The position numbers were made by a program, and so were the translations under genes. Below are positions 50,758 to 61,766 of a stretch of 64,000 nucleotides of DNA, one piece after another (position 1 is the first letter of the stretch; every line of letters begins with the position of its first letter). Under the pieces are notes generated by a model. It did not search any database. It was not told where the DNA came from and saw only the letters and a list, made by a program, of their open reading frames with translations. Where the stretch lies: positions 372,001 through 436,000 of the forward strand of contig OZ025656.1 of the NCBI GenBank assembly GCA_964019335.1, read 5' to 3'. Origin of the DNA: Diplonema japonicum (Eukaryota; Protista; Euglenozoa: Diplonemea).

Positions 50758-52074
50758 ATGTCTTCCGGCAGCCCTGCAACATTCGGGAGCCCCTTCGGCC
50801 TGCAAACGGTGCCGTCGTCGGATACGGATCTTTCAACGATGACGGTTGAGGAGGAGTCGATTTGGAGCCACGTTCCCCAAGCACCTCCTGATGCGGTGTT
50901 TGGTATTGTGGCGGAGTACAAGCGTGACCCTTGCAACGACAAGGTGGACCTTGTAGTGGGGGCGTACAGAGATGAAGACGGCAGGCCGTACTTGTTGGAG
51001 TCAGTGTCCGCTGCTGAGATAAGAATCGCGAACACGAAGTTAGACAAGGAATACCTCCCGATCGACGGCCTGAAGGAGTTCCGCGACGCAGCAGTAGCAC
51101 TTGCCTTGGGAGAGGACAGCCTCGCTGCAAAGGAAAAACGCGTCATGAGCATCCAGACCCTCAGCGGAACAGGCGCCTTGCAAATCGCAGCCGCTCTGTC
51201 GCATAAATTCTCCCCGGACAGCACTGTGTACGTCTCGAACCCGACATGGGCCAACCACAGAGGCATTTTTGAAGCGGCGGGCTGCAAGGTAGCAACTTAC
51301 AGGTACTGGTGCGGGGAATCGAAAAGCCTTGATTTCGATGGGATGGTGACAGATCTCAAAACCGCATCGCACGGGTCCGTTGTGGTCCTGCATCTCTGCG
51401 CGCACAACCCCACCGGTGTCGACCCCACACGGGATCAATGGAAGAGGATCGCCGAGGTCTGCAGGGAGAAACGCCACAGAGTCGTGTTCGACTCTGCCTA
51501 CCAAGGGTACTGCTCAGGTGACCTTGACAACGATGCATGGGCAGCAAGGTACTTTGAAAGCGAAGGACTCGAGTTCTCGATCACACAGTCTTTCTCCAAG
51601 AACATGGGCCTCTACGGCGAAAGAGTAGGTTGCTTCATGCAGGTTACCAATACCCCCCAGGTTGCCGAGGCGCTGGCAAGCCAAGCCAAAGCCATTGCAA
51701 GGGTTACTTACAGTAACCCTCCTAAACACGGTGCGCGTATTGCAGCAATGATCTTAACGGACCCAAGCCTCCGAGCACAGTGGGTAGAGGAGCTTAAAGG
51801 AATGTCTGTAAGAATTATCAGAATGAGAGAATTGCTTTTTCATGAGATGCAGGAACAGGGCACACCAGGGGACTGGGGGCACATTATTTCGCAGAAGGGG
51901 ATGTTTTCCTTTACCGGTGTCTCGCCCAAGCAAGTTAAGCACATAGTATCAAAACACAATGTGTACATGCTTGGGTCCGGGAGAATATCCGTTGCTGGCG
52001 TGACAGAAGGAAATGTGAAGAAGATTGCGAGAGCCTTCCACGATGCTGTTGTCAGTAGCACGCTTGAGACGTGA
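50758..52074 (+). CDS. GOT: Aspartate aminotransferase
   Basis: PPDAVFG, GAYRD, QTLSGTGAL, CAHNPTGVD, FDSAYQG, SFSKNMGLYGERVG (PLP lysine), GRIS. Confidence 0.97.
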   Translation: MSSGSPATFGSPFGLQTVPSSDTDLSTMTVEEESIWSHVPQAPPDAVFGIVAEYKRDPCNDKVDLVVGAYRDEDGRPYLLESVSAAEIRIANTKLDKEYLPIDGLKEFRDAAVALALGEDSLAAKEKRVMSIQTLSGTGALQIAAALSHKFSPDSTVYVSNPTWANHRGIFEAAGCKVATYRYWCGESKSLDFDGMVTDLKTASHGSVVVLHLCAHNPTGVDPTRDQWKRIAEVCREKRHRVVFDSAYQGYCSGDLDNDAWAARYFESEGLEFSITQSFSKNMGLYGERVGCFMQVTNTPQVAEALASQAKAIARVTYSNPPKHGARIAAMILTDPSLRAQWVEELKGMSVRIIRMRELLFHEMQEQGTPGDWGHIISQKGMFSFTGVSPKQVKHIVSKHNVYMLGSGRISVAGVTEGNVKKIARAFHDAVVSSTLET

Positions 52075-53526
52075 TTTTTTTTTTTTGATTTTTTTTAAAT
52101 AAATATTTCCGTTCTTTACGATATACAGTACAGAAGGGGGTAGTTGGGGGTAGTTGGGAATACTTTTTTTTTTTCTTTTTTTCTTTTTTTTGAAACTGTT
52201 TTCATCGAAAAAGAAAAAGAAGGGTTTTTTCTTTTCCCTTCTTTTTTTTTTTTAAAAAGAAATCTTTTTTTATTGAATAAAAAAAAAAGAGGGGGAAAAA
52301 AAAAAGAAAATGTTCGTCTTTAACATTTGTAAAAAAGGAGGTTGTCAATTTTGAACTTGGGACGTGCCCCTTTTTTTAAAACTATTCTGGACGAATTTTT
52401 TCTTGTTCCTGTATTTTTTTTAATGCTCTCTCCCCTTTCTATTAGAAGACAGCAAGTGAAGGGGGATAAGGGGGGGAACTGTGCGTGGCTTATACGTAAA
52501 CTCCCTTTATTTTGAGTCATTTTTTTTTCTATAAAAAAAAGCAAGTAAAAAAGTTTTATTTTTCAAAATATCATCATAAAAATTACCTCTCCCCCCCCCC
52601 CCCCCCCCCCCGCCTTTTTTCCAAATTCTATACTATCGTGCTTCCTTTCATTTCGTCCGTCACATTTTCTTTTAGAAAAAAAAATGAGAGGAGAAGAAAA
52701 AAAAGAAGGGAATATTAGGGAGGGGGCGATACTGTATACGGTTACCCTTTTTTTTTTCTTTCTTTTTTTTTTTCTCTTATTGACAATTTTTCTCCCTTCG
52801 CCTTCTACCTCCCTTGCAGCAACTGTACAAAAAAAAAAAAGAATAGAAAGAAAAAAAATACAGTACTTGCGCACTCCCCTTTGTTTTTTAAAAGGTCTGT
52901 CAAAAAAGATTTTTTTTTTTCCTCTTCTTGATTTGATCGTCGTTTCATCGTCTTTCTCTTTGAATGGGCACAGGTGTGCGGGGCAAGAACAAAAAAAAAA
53001 AAAAGAAAAAAAAAAAAAACAAGCCATAGTAATAAGACATGGCTCTCTGTTCCTCTTCCCATGAAATGGGTTTCCCTGGCAGAGGGGACTACATGAAAAG
53101 GGTGCTGAGGGACAGAGAATGGAGGAAAAAAAAGAGAAAATGCTAGTTTTCCCCGACAGGGTAAAAGATCCTATTTACCCTTTACACTGCCAAAAAAAAA
53201 GGGGGAAGAGAAGATATAAAACCAAACATTAGACTACTTTGGCCATCCTCCCTCTACCCTCCTTTAGTGCCCACTGCTTTCCCAAAAGAGCTAAAAGAAG
53301 AAATGCCTTCCCTCTCCCCCCCCCCCCCCCCCCCCCCCCGCGACATCTCCCAGAAGTTGGGCTTTGCCATTGCATGCAAAGCACAAGCGAACTGATTATG
53401 GAGGGTGTTGTAGAGATGTGAAAGAAAAAAAAGAAGAAAAAAAAGGAAAGAAAAACTGTCGTGCGTAGAAAAAAGAGAAGAAAAAGAAAACAGAGAGCCC
53501 GCCGCGCTGAGACATGAGATTAGGGG

Positions 53527-53561
<35 letters not shown>

Positions 53562-54383
53562 GTGGGAAGGAATAACCCAACCGAGGAAATTTTTGTGTGC
53601 CAACAGTTATTCCTCCTTTCCTGTCTCCCCCACCCCACCCCACCCTACTCCACCCCTTCTTGTTGATCAAGCTCACACCCACGCGGCATTGCCTCTTGGC
53701 TGGTCTTTGGAAAAAGCCGTCTTAAGTACGTAGTGCCATTTAGGTTAACAATCTGATTTTGTTTTCACAGAGAAACGGAAAGAAAAACCAAGGGGATTGG
53801 CAAGATTGAATCTTTAGGATTAGATGGAAAAAAAGAAAAGAAAAGAAAAAAAAAAATAATAATATGGAAATAATAATATGGGAAGGATCGCCAGTCACTT
53901 TTTTTTTTTTTTTCAGGTCGTGGGGATAACATGGAAATATAAAGAAGTACATCAGATGTGTTGTTCGCTGTTGACCTCCCCGTCGGTCATCACCGGTAGC
54001 GCCCAAGTGGAAGAAGCAGATGCTCTGGGTGGCGAACAGGCAGCAAACTACACGGGCTCAGAATCTTGGTTACCCGGGGCGCCCCGTCTGGGGTTGAGCT
54101 GCACACCGCACGCATTAAGGACACGACGCGGAACGCAGAAGAAGCTACAGCTAGGCCGAGGTGCGCCCCCTGTAATCAAGTAAATGGTGCTTGTGCAGGG
54201 TGCCCCCACCGGCTTCCTTTAAATCGTCGAGTTTTTTTTTTTTTTTTTTTTTTTTTGCCTGTCGCCTCTGCCCTGACCCCCTTGTTGGAGTCTCCTTTTA
54301 TATTACCCCCCTCCCTTTGTTTTTTTCCAACTTTTTTTTTTTTAAAACTCTCTTACAGACTCAAAAAAAAAAAAAAAAAAAAC

Positions 54384-56090
54384 ATGTCTATCTTCAAAAC
54401 CATTGCGCCTCTCCTTGCACTAATGTGTAGTTGCCATGGGGCACCAGTCATCCTCAAAAGCTGCACGGCAGAAGGGGAGCTGTCCTTTGAGTTAGGTGTG
54501 TGCACGGGGTTCCACGGAACATACGCTTCCCTGACCCTGTTGAGGGGGAGTCTTGAAGACGGCACTGCTGTTGCGGAGTACGTGCCACACGAAAAGGATA
54601 GCACTTGTAAGACTGCTTCGCTTCCCGCTGTCACCGTGGGCTGCTCGTGTGATGACCATGACAAGAAGTTCCACATGGTGTGCGGCACGGCTCCGAAGAG
54701 GGGCGTGCGCGTTGGGCTGAACATCGCATCAGACGACACGACAAAGGCCGTCGCTGGTACCAAGGAACTGATGCCTGCATTGGAGCTGATGACTGGCGGG
54801 GTCGCAACCTGTCTTGATGTTTGCTTGATCACACCAACCAGCGGGTATTGTCTACCATGCGGTGGCAACACAGCAAGGCTCGCCTCTGTCCTTCAAGACG
54901 CACGTCATATCATCGTGACCATTGACATGAAGGTCCCCCCCACACTCGACAACACCAACGTGAAGGACACGCTTCTTCAGGGCAAAGACATCATTGAAGA
55001 CAAACTGGGCGGCTCCCTGAATGAAGTCACTGTCAACAACGAGCGGATTATCAAAGAACGTGTAGCCCTCACCACTTGCGATTCGAATGGGGATGTTTCT
55101 CTTGAACTCGGGGTGTGCACGGAGTTGAATGGCACGTACCACAAGCTGTCTCTTAAGAGCGGGAGCATCGAAGACGGCACTGCTGTTGCGCAATACTTTC
55201 AATACCACACAGACAGCACCTGCTCGTCTCCGATTGTTGGTGACGAAGTGACCTGTGCTTGCAAGGGCAATGATTTATTCCATTTGGTTTGCGAGAAGCC
55301 TGTTGTGATCAGCTCCTGTGAAACCGAAGGAAAGGCTTCGTTCCACTTTGGGGTGTGCACGGAGTTGAATGGCAAGTACCACAAGCTGTCCCTTAAGAGC
55401 GGGAGCATCGAAGACGGCACTGCTGTTGCGCAATACTTTCAATACCACACAGACAGCACCTGCTCGTCTCCGATAGTTGGTGACGAAGTGACCTGTGCTT
55501 GCAAGGGCAATGATATCTTTCACATGGTTTGTAGTGTTGCAACAAGGAGCGTGCGTGTTGGGCTGCGCATGGCATCAAGCGACATGACGAAGGCGTCAGC
55601 GGGCAGCAAGCAGCTGATGCCTGCATTGGAGCTGATGACAGGTGGTGTGGCAAGCTGTCTTAATGTATGCTTGATCACACCAAACAGCGGGTATTGTTTG
55701 TCCTGTGGAGAGAACACCACCACCACTGCCAGCAGGCATGTTGCTGTTGAACAAGCTGACGTCATCGTCGTGACTGTCGACATGAAGATCCCCGTTGGAG
55801 TTGACAACAACAGCATCAGGAACAAGATTCTTCAAGGCAAAGACATCATTGAAGCCAACCTTGGTGGTTCTCTGATGGATGTTACTGTTAACGATCTGCG
55901 CACTCCTGGTGGCGGTGATGACGACGATGACCTTTCTACTGGTGCTATAGTGGGGATTGTGCTGGGGTCTGTTGCTGCACTGGTTTTGGTGATTCTCTTG
56001 ATTTACTTCTTCTGCCTTCGCAGCAAGCAGTCGACCCCGGCAGTCAATGACCCCACTAAAGAGCAGCCAAGTGGTGCTGCGGCTGTTTAA
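54384..56090 (+). CDS. Cys-rich type-I membrane (surface) protein, modules A-B-A-A-B
   Basis: Signal peptide, repeated 6-Cys and 4-Cys modules, LSTGAIVGIVLGSV transmembrane segment, short tail. Confidence 0.8.
   Translation: MSIFKTIAPLLALMCSCHGAPVILKSCTAEGELSFELGVCTGFHGTYASLTLLRGSLEDGTAVAEYVPHEKDSTCKTASLPAVTVGCSCDDHDKKFHMVCGTAPKRGVRVGLNIASDDTTKAVAGTKELMPALELMTGGVATCLDVCLITPTSGYCLPCGGNTARLASVLQDARHIIVTIDMKVPPTLDNTNVKDTLLQGKDIIEDKLGGSLNEVTVNNERIIKERVALTTCDSNGDVSLELGVCTELNGTYHKLSLKSGSIEDGTAVAQYFQYHTDSTCSSPIVGDEVTCACKGNDLFHLVCEKPVVISSCETEGKASFHFGVCTELNGKYHKLSLKSGSIEDGTAVAQYFQYHTDSTCSSPIVGDEVTCACKGNDIFHMVCSVATRSVRVGLRMASSDMTKASAGSKQLMPALELMTGGVASCLNVCLITPNSGYCLSCGENTTTTASRHVAVEQADVIVVTVDMKIPVGVDNNSIRNKILQGKDIIEANLGGSLMDVTVNDLRTPGGGDDDDDLSTGAIVGIVLGSVAALVLVILLIYFFCLRSKQSTPAVNDPTKEQPSGAAAV
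55110..55514 (+). repeat. Intragenic direct repeat (55110-55274 vs 55350-55514, period 240 nt)
   Basis: 165 nt with 3 mismatches by manual comparison. Confidence 0.9.
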
Positions 56091-57506
56091 AAATGGAAAA
56101 AGAAAATACTGAAGAAATAAATACGCAAAAAAAAAAAAAAAAAGAAAAATCTAAAAAATGGGTAGTGGTAGTAATAGTGTTGATTTAGTTTTGTCCCTCT
56201 CCTCTTGAAAAAGAAATATTGGAGTATATATATATTCACACTTCGATTTTGCCGATGTGGGGGAGGTGGGAAATTTTTTTTTTTTCGTTCTTACGTCTCT
56301 TCTTCACAGAGACATCAACACATTATTCGTACTTTTTTTCTTTTTTTCCAGGCCGTCACGAACACTTGGCCGGTTCTTTATCTCTTATCTATTTATTCTT
56401 TTTGTTTTTCATTTCCGTGGGGTGCCCTCTGCTAACATTTTCCCCCGATCAAAGATATGAATTCCCCCCCCCCCCCCCCTCCTAACTTGTCGCGTTCTGC
56501 TGACTAGATGATTCATTCAGATAGCAAAACTGTGAACTGGGGGTTCCTTTAAGAAACCAGTGAATTATTGAAAAAGAAAAAAAAATAAAACAAAAAGAAA
56601 ATTGAAAAAAAAATAAAACAAAACTAATGCCCCCCCCCCCCCCCCCCCAATCCTCATTTTTAATCAGTTTAATCCTTTGTTTCTGTGTGGCCCTGCCGCG
56701 TCCTTTATTCCGTTCTCGTTTTTTTTTTTTTTTTTAATTCAAAAGCGCGTTCCCCCCCTCCAAGTTTCCTTTTTTTTTTCTCCTTTAATTTTTAGTCCCC
56801 GTTATGCGGAGCACAAAGATTAAGGGGGATATCTTTTTTTTTTTTTAAAAAAAAGGGAAATCATAGGGATAGAAGAAGAAGAAAAGGGTGTTCAACAACA
56901 AAAAAAAAAAGAAAGGTGCGAAAAGTACCTTAGTTTCTCTCTCAGTTGTTTGTTACACCTTCAAAGCGTTTTTATTTAATTTTTATTTTCATATTGTTGT
57001 TTTCTTTGTTTATTTATTTATTTTTTGATCCCCCTTTTTATTTTCTTTTTTTTTTTTGGTGGACTCTACGCACACCTTTGCATTTATTCATTCGAAATTT
57101 GCATTTTTTTTAAGTGGGGGAAGAACAAAACAAAACAAAAAAAAAAAGGAAAAACGCAGAGAAATACTTGAAATAAAAAGAAAAGAAAAGAAAAGAAAAA
57201 GAAAAAAAGAACCCCGCTTTGCTTGGATTCATTACGCCCATATCTCTAAACCTATTGAGGGATTTGTGGGGAAAAACTTCGAAAAAAGCTGGCTGGGAAA
57301 AAGCGTTTTTTTTTTTTTTCCCCCCTCAGAATTACAGAGATTCAAGAAACCAACACCCTCGTTCAGAGATATGAGGCATTGGGGGGTATTTTTTTTCTTT
57401 TAATAGTTCCTTCCCCTCCTCCCTTCATTTTGTTTACAGACAGCGACTGAGAGGTGAGGAGCTGCGCGTCAAGGCCGTGTAAAAAAAAAACACAGTAAAT
57501 CCTCCC

Positions 57507-57537
<31 letters not shown>

Positions 57538-57540
<3 letters not shown>

Positions 57541-58470
57541 TCGATGAATAGTATAATGGTTCTCACACTGCTCAGCAGTTGCTGCCTGTCTGGCGCAACA
57601 GTTGTCAGCACGCTCAACTGCAACACCGGCACGGGGTTGTCTTTTAAAGCCGGATCATGCACACTGGGCTCCAGGGGCTACAACAAGCTTGTCCTCAAGA
57701 GCGGAGATCCGGCCAACGGCGACGCTGTCGCAGACCTTCACGTGTACTCTGCAGCAGACGCAACATGCAAGGTACCCCTTGAGTCGTTTTCTATGACGTG
57801 CGACTGCGGGGCTGACGGCACGCAAATAGTTTGCGGACCATCAGTAGCAAGGAGACCCATCCGCTTTGAGCTCCACATCGCATCTGAAAATTTCGGAAAA
57901 GCGATCGCTGGGAGCAACGAATGCACGAGGTTTTTGGAACAGGCAATCCAAGGTGACGCAACCTGTGTGAACGTGTGCGTGGTGAGCCAAGCAACAAAAC
58001 ACTGCACACCTTGCGGAGAAGCAAGCAAAGTTGCACAACAAGTGGCACAACATGACCCCGATTCGATCGTTGTTGTCACCATCGATGTGCAAGTCCTCTC
58101 GACTATTAGCAAGTGGGGCATCCAAAGGGAGCTGTCGCGTACTACCTTCACAAACCGCCTCGAGGGGTTCATTGGCAAGCCTCTTCTGAGAATTAACGTT
58201 AACGATGTGAAAGAAGAGGAAGTGCAGCACCGTGAGCAGCCCCACGTCCACGAGCAAGCTGGCAACAGCGAACTCTCATCAGGCGCTGTGGCCGGTATCA
58301 TACTCGGTTCCATCGTTATCATTGGCCTCGTAGCTTTCTTGGTTTTCTGCTGCCTGCGCAAACAGAGTCCTATGCCAGTCCACGAGCCTACCAAAGAAGA
58401 ACCCGACAACATCTTTACCAAAAACCCTGAAGACGAAAAGGAAGACCCCACTGGCGTTACTATTGTTTAG
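57538..58470 (+). CDS. Cys-rich type-I membrane protein, paralogue of 54384 with modules A-B
   Basis: Same Cys spacing (LSF..G.CT...Y.KL.LKSG...G.AVA; ATC.NVC...C.PCG), transmembrane segment and tail motif CLR.KQS...V.EPTKE.P. Confidence 0.8.
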
Positions 58471-59199
58471 AGAGAGAAGGAAGAAAATATCTGATGTATT
58501 GCTCCGAGACCGATACTTGAAATTCCAATTTGCCACTGAGTTTGTTTTATGTATTTTCTTTTTTTTTTTTGTGTGTTAAAAAAAAAAAAAAAACCAACCA
58601 ACCAAAACCTAACCTCCTAATATAACTAACCACTCTTTGTCTTGCTCCCCCTTTTTTTCCTTTTTTTTGGGCAGCAGGACCTTTGGTCGGGTCTAGGTAC
58701 GTAACGACACCTCCCCTTAAGCGAGTCATTTCAGAGAAGTCGTGCCAGAATAAGGCAAACCTTGCGGTAAATAAGTGTTACTCTCAAAACAGGGGTAACA
58801 TGGATCACATTTGGCTTCGGTAAAAGAAAAAATGCCCCCCCCCCACCCTATCGCGAGGAAACGGGAACCAGGCACGCCAGAAGCTCACTCTAATGTGTCG
58901 CTTGTCTACAAACACCCCTACTCTATGTACCCCATGTACTTTATGGCACACTTGGAGCCGACTGTGGTAGTCGTACTGAGCGTTCAGCTGTGTCACCTTG
59001 ACCCTCGCTTCCTCATAGTGAACCTTTTCATATTCGTTATTTACATAGTTTGGTGGGTCATTGATACCCACTTTGTTTCTCTGTCAATGGTGCATTCTTT
59101 CTTTTTCTTTCGATGATGTGCCCTTATGGTTTGTTACCAATACAATGACTTATGCAACCAACAGGAAGGCGGTGGGCAGGGGCACCTTCAGGAGGTCCC

Positions 59200-61218
59200 A
59201 TGAGCGAGCCGTACAATCTTTTAGTATATGTCGACAATGCGGTGACGCCGGTGAAGATGGAGGTGGTTGCGAACGACCCAACGGAGATGGTGCTGCAGAT
59301 CCAGCAGAGCATAGGGCTGCCCATAGTCTCGATATCGTACTGGGATGAGGGGACAAGGGAGCATGTCCAGCTGAGGACGCTTGTGCCGCTGCAGAACGGA
59401 CGTGCTAAAGTGTGGGTTGCCACCAGCGGTGTCAAGGCAATGCCCATCACAGAAGAGAAGGACCCCCTCGAGTTCAACACCATCCGCGAGCAGATCGAGC
59501 GTCTGACTCCTCCAGAGGACGGCGTCGTCTTTGCTGTGAAGGAGATCCTCCGCATCCAGAACCATGCCCTCGAGCAAAAGTTCAAAGCTCGCCGCCAGCA
59601 ACTCTTCGACCCCGCCAGCCGTTCCGTGCTTAAGTACCACGCCGACTCACAGCCCACCGATCAGATCCTCAAAGACGGTTTCCGCATCCCCGTTAAACCT
59701 GGTGCCTACGGTACAGGCATCATCTTCAGCTCCGATATCAGCGTCGCCTACCAGACAGAAAGCGTGCGCTTCCTCCTCTGCGAGGTTGCCGTCGGCAGGT
59801 ACACGACACTCCACAACGAGGAGGACAGAGGCGCTACCTTCGAAGTCCTGCAGCACATGGGGTACGACTCCGTGCTGGCACGCACCTCGACACACCCCAC
59901 GCTGAACAAGCTGGAGGAGTACATCGTCTACCACGCGGACCAGGTATGCACGCGAATCATGACACCCTTCCACAGGCGATCCCACGGTATCTGGTAACAT
60001 GCGACTTCAAGAAGACAAGGGGCGTCCCTCGGTCGAAGCGAGTCGATTCCTGCCGGCATCACCAAGGCGAGTCTTTAAAGTTGTGGTGTCTGACATGCGG
60101 CCACCTTGTGTGTGCCTTCTGCATGTTCGGGGCACACGCAGGACACACGGCAAAGGACGTCGGCGAGGTGGCCGCTCGGGAGCGCGACCTTCTAATGAGG
60201 TGCGAGGCAGTGCTGCAGCGCACCATTGAGCAACGGCAGCGTGACTTGGGCGACTTGGAGAAGATGAAGGCGCATTACAACCAAGTGGCAAGGGACACAA
60301 TCCGCGACCTAGACAGCACGATCGAGGACTTGAAGGTGATGCTCGACCAGCAGCACCAGGAGATCCTACGCCAGATCGACAATAAGGAAGGGAATGTGGG
60401 CGCCAGACTGGCCGCGTTTACTAACCCATTGCAGGAGGAGGTGTGGTCATTTTTTGCCACAATTTCTTAGAATAAAAAAAACCTCATTTTTACAGCTTGC
60501 ACAGTTGCTCGGGAAACAACAACAGCTGCGGGAGGCGTTGGAAATCGCAAGGAACCCGCGCCCGTCGTCGCAAGCGGAATTCTTGAACAGGACTGTCGAC
60601 TTGCATAACAGTTTGAACACAGTACCGAAGTTTGATGAGGCGCCTGACGTGACTGCACACGCACCGACAGTGGAGCTTCACGTGGAAACACGAACGGTGA
60701 CAGATGCTATCAGGAACATGAATGTGGAGGACAGAGCACCGCACCCAAAGAGGCAGGTTCATCCTTTGGGAACACTCGCAATGCAGCCTGAAGGGTTGCT
60801 TCTCCGTGATGACAGTCTCGATTCGACAGAAGCCCGGCTTCAGGTGTTGGAACAAGGGCATATATGGGTCATTCCCAATGTCAGCGAACACTTCAACCAT
60901 GACCAGACCCGTGATATCTTCTCTGATCCCTTTTTGATGCAAGGGCAGTTTTGGGAGTTGAAGCTCTCTTTCCTTCCTGCAGAGAGGGCGCTTGCAGTGT
61001 ACCTTCACGCTGTTAGACACCAGTTCAGGACGAATTTTAGGGTGGCGATTTTCAAAGCAAACAGATGGCACGTAAAATCAACACGAAACTGGGCCGATGA
61101 GTTTAAGGGCAGGGGGTGGGGCATCAAGCCCTTCATTACTCTCGAAGACCTTGACAACTACATTGTGAACGATACCTTGAAGTGGGTTATCGTCTTCACA
61201 GGGAACGGGCTTTATTGA
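59200..61218 (+). CDS. PB1-like / PARP-like / B-box / coiled-coil / MATH fusion protein (exons 59200-59943, 59976-60440, 60496-61218; alternative ATG at 59152)
   Basis: RIQN..L...F, GAYGTGIIFS, LLCEVAVG, GYDSV, EYIVYHADQ|AIPRYLV (PARP). CRHH...LWCLTC..LVCAFC...H.GH (B-box). SDPF...GQFWELK...GWG..PFI (MATH). Confidence 0.82.
59944..59975 (+). other. Spliceosomal intron, 32 nt, GTATGC...CACAG
   Basis: Removal restores the PARP terminal motif Q.IPRYLV. Confidence 0.9.
60441..60495 (+). other. Spliceosomal intron, 55 nt, GTGTGG...TTTTTACAG
   Basis: Contains the stop codon and joins the coiled-coil ORF in frame to the MATH ORF. Confidence 0.8.
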
Positions 61219-61656
61219 TTAGATGTTATAGACTTCTTTTTCTTTTCTTTTTCGTTTCACCTTTTTCTTCTTTATAGATTTGATGGTATTTGTCTGGAAA
61301 AAAAAAAACGTTTTTTTCTTCTCATTTTTCTTTTTAATGTTCCGAAGAAAAAGCTTGAACAATATAAAACAAAACAAAAAAAAAGGGGAAAGGAAAAAAA
61401 AAAGAAATACACGCCACGCCCTGTGCATGGTTCGCCCAAAAGCAGCTGCTGTGGACAGCGAGTCGTTCACAGATGCCGCAGCACCGTTGTCGGTGAATAA
61501 TACAATGCTTTTCAATAGCCCCACAACACCTGTTTCTTCGGGGATCGGGAGTTTGACAAAGGTAGGTGGCGGGCTGCGCTTGCAAGGGCCCCTTGACCAC
61601 ATGGTGACGACGTGGGGCGTGATGGGAAGCTCCTCCATTGTCGATGTTGACTATTG

Positions 61657-61688
<32 letters not shown>

Positions 61689-61766
61689 CTATTTACACCC
61701 TTTTTCTTCTTTTTTTTTTTTCCTTCTTCTTTCCTTCTCCCTTCCAATCCAATCAACAGACCGGGG

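Noticed and set aside
58811-59116. Hydrophobic short ORF upstream of the PARP-MATH gene
   Set aside because: No recognisable family or clear start; could be UTR.
19483-61218. An ADP-ribosylation gene cluster (NADAR, NAD kinase, two PARPs, ART-like relic)
   Set aside because: The genes are scattered over 40 kb among unrelated housekeeping genes, and neighbourhood carries little functional meaning in such clusters.
61427-61657. Short ORF as first exon of the 61767 gene
   Set aside because: I found no donor/acceptor pair joining it in frame; it may be a small separate ORF, but that is unsupported.
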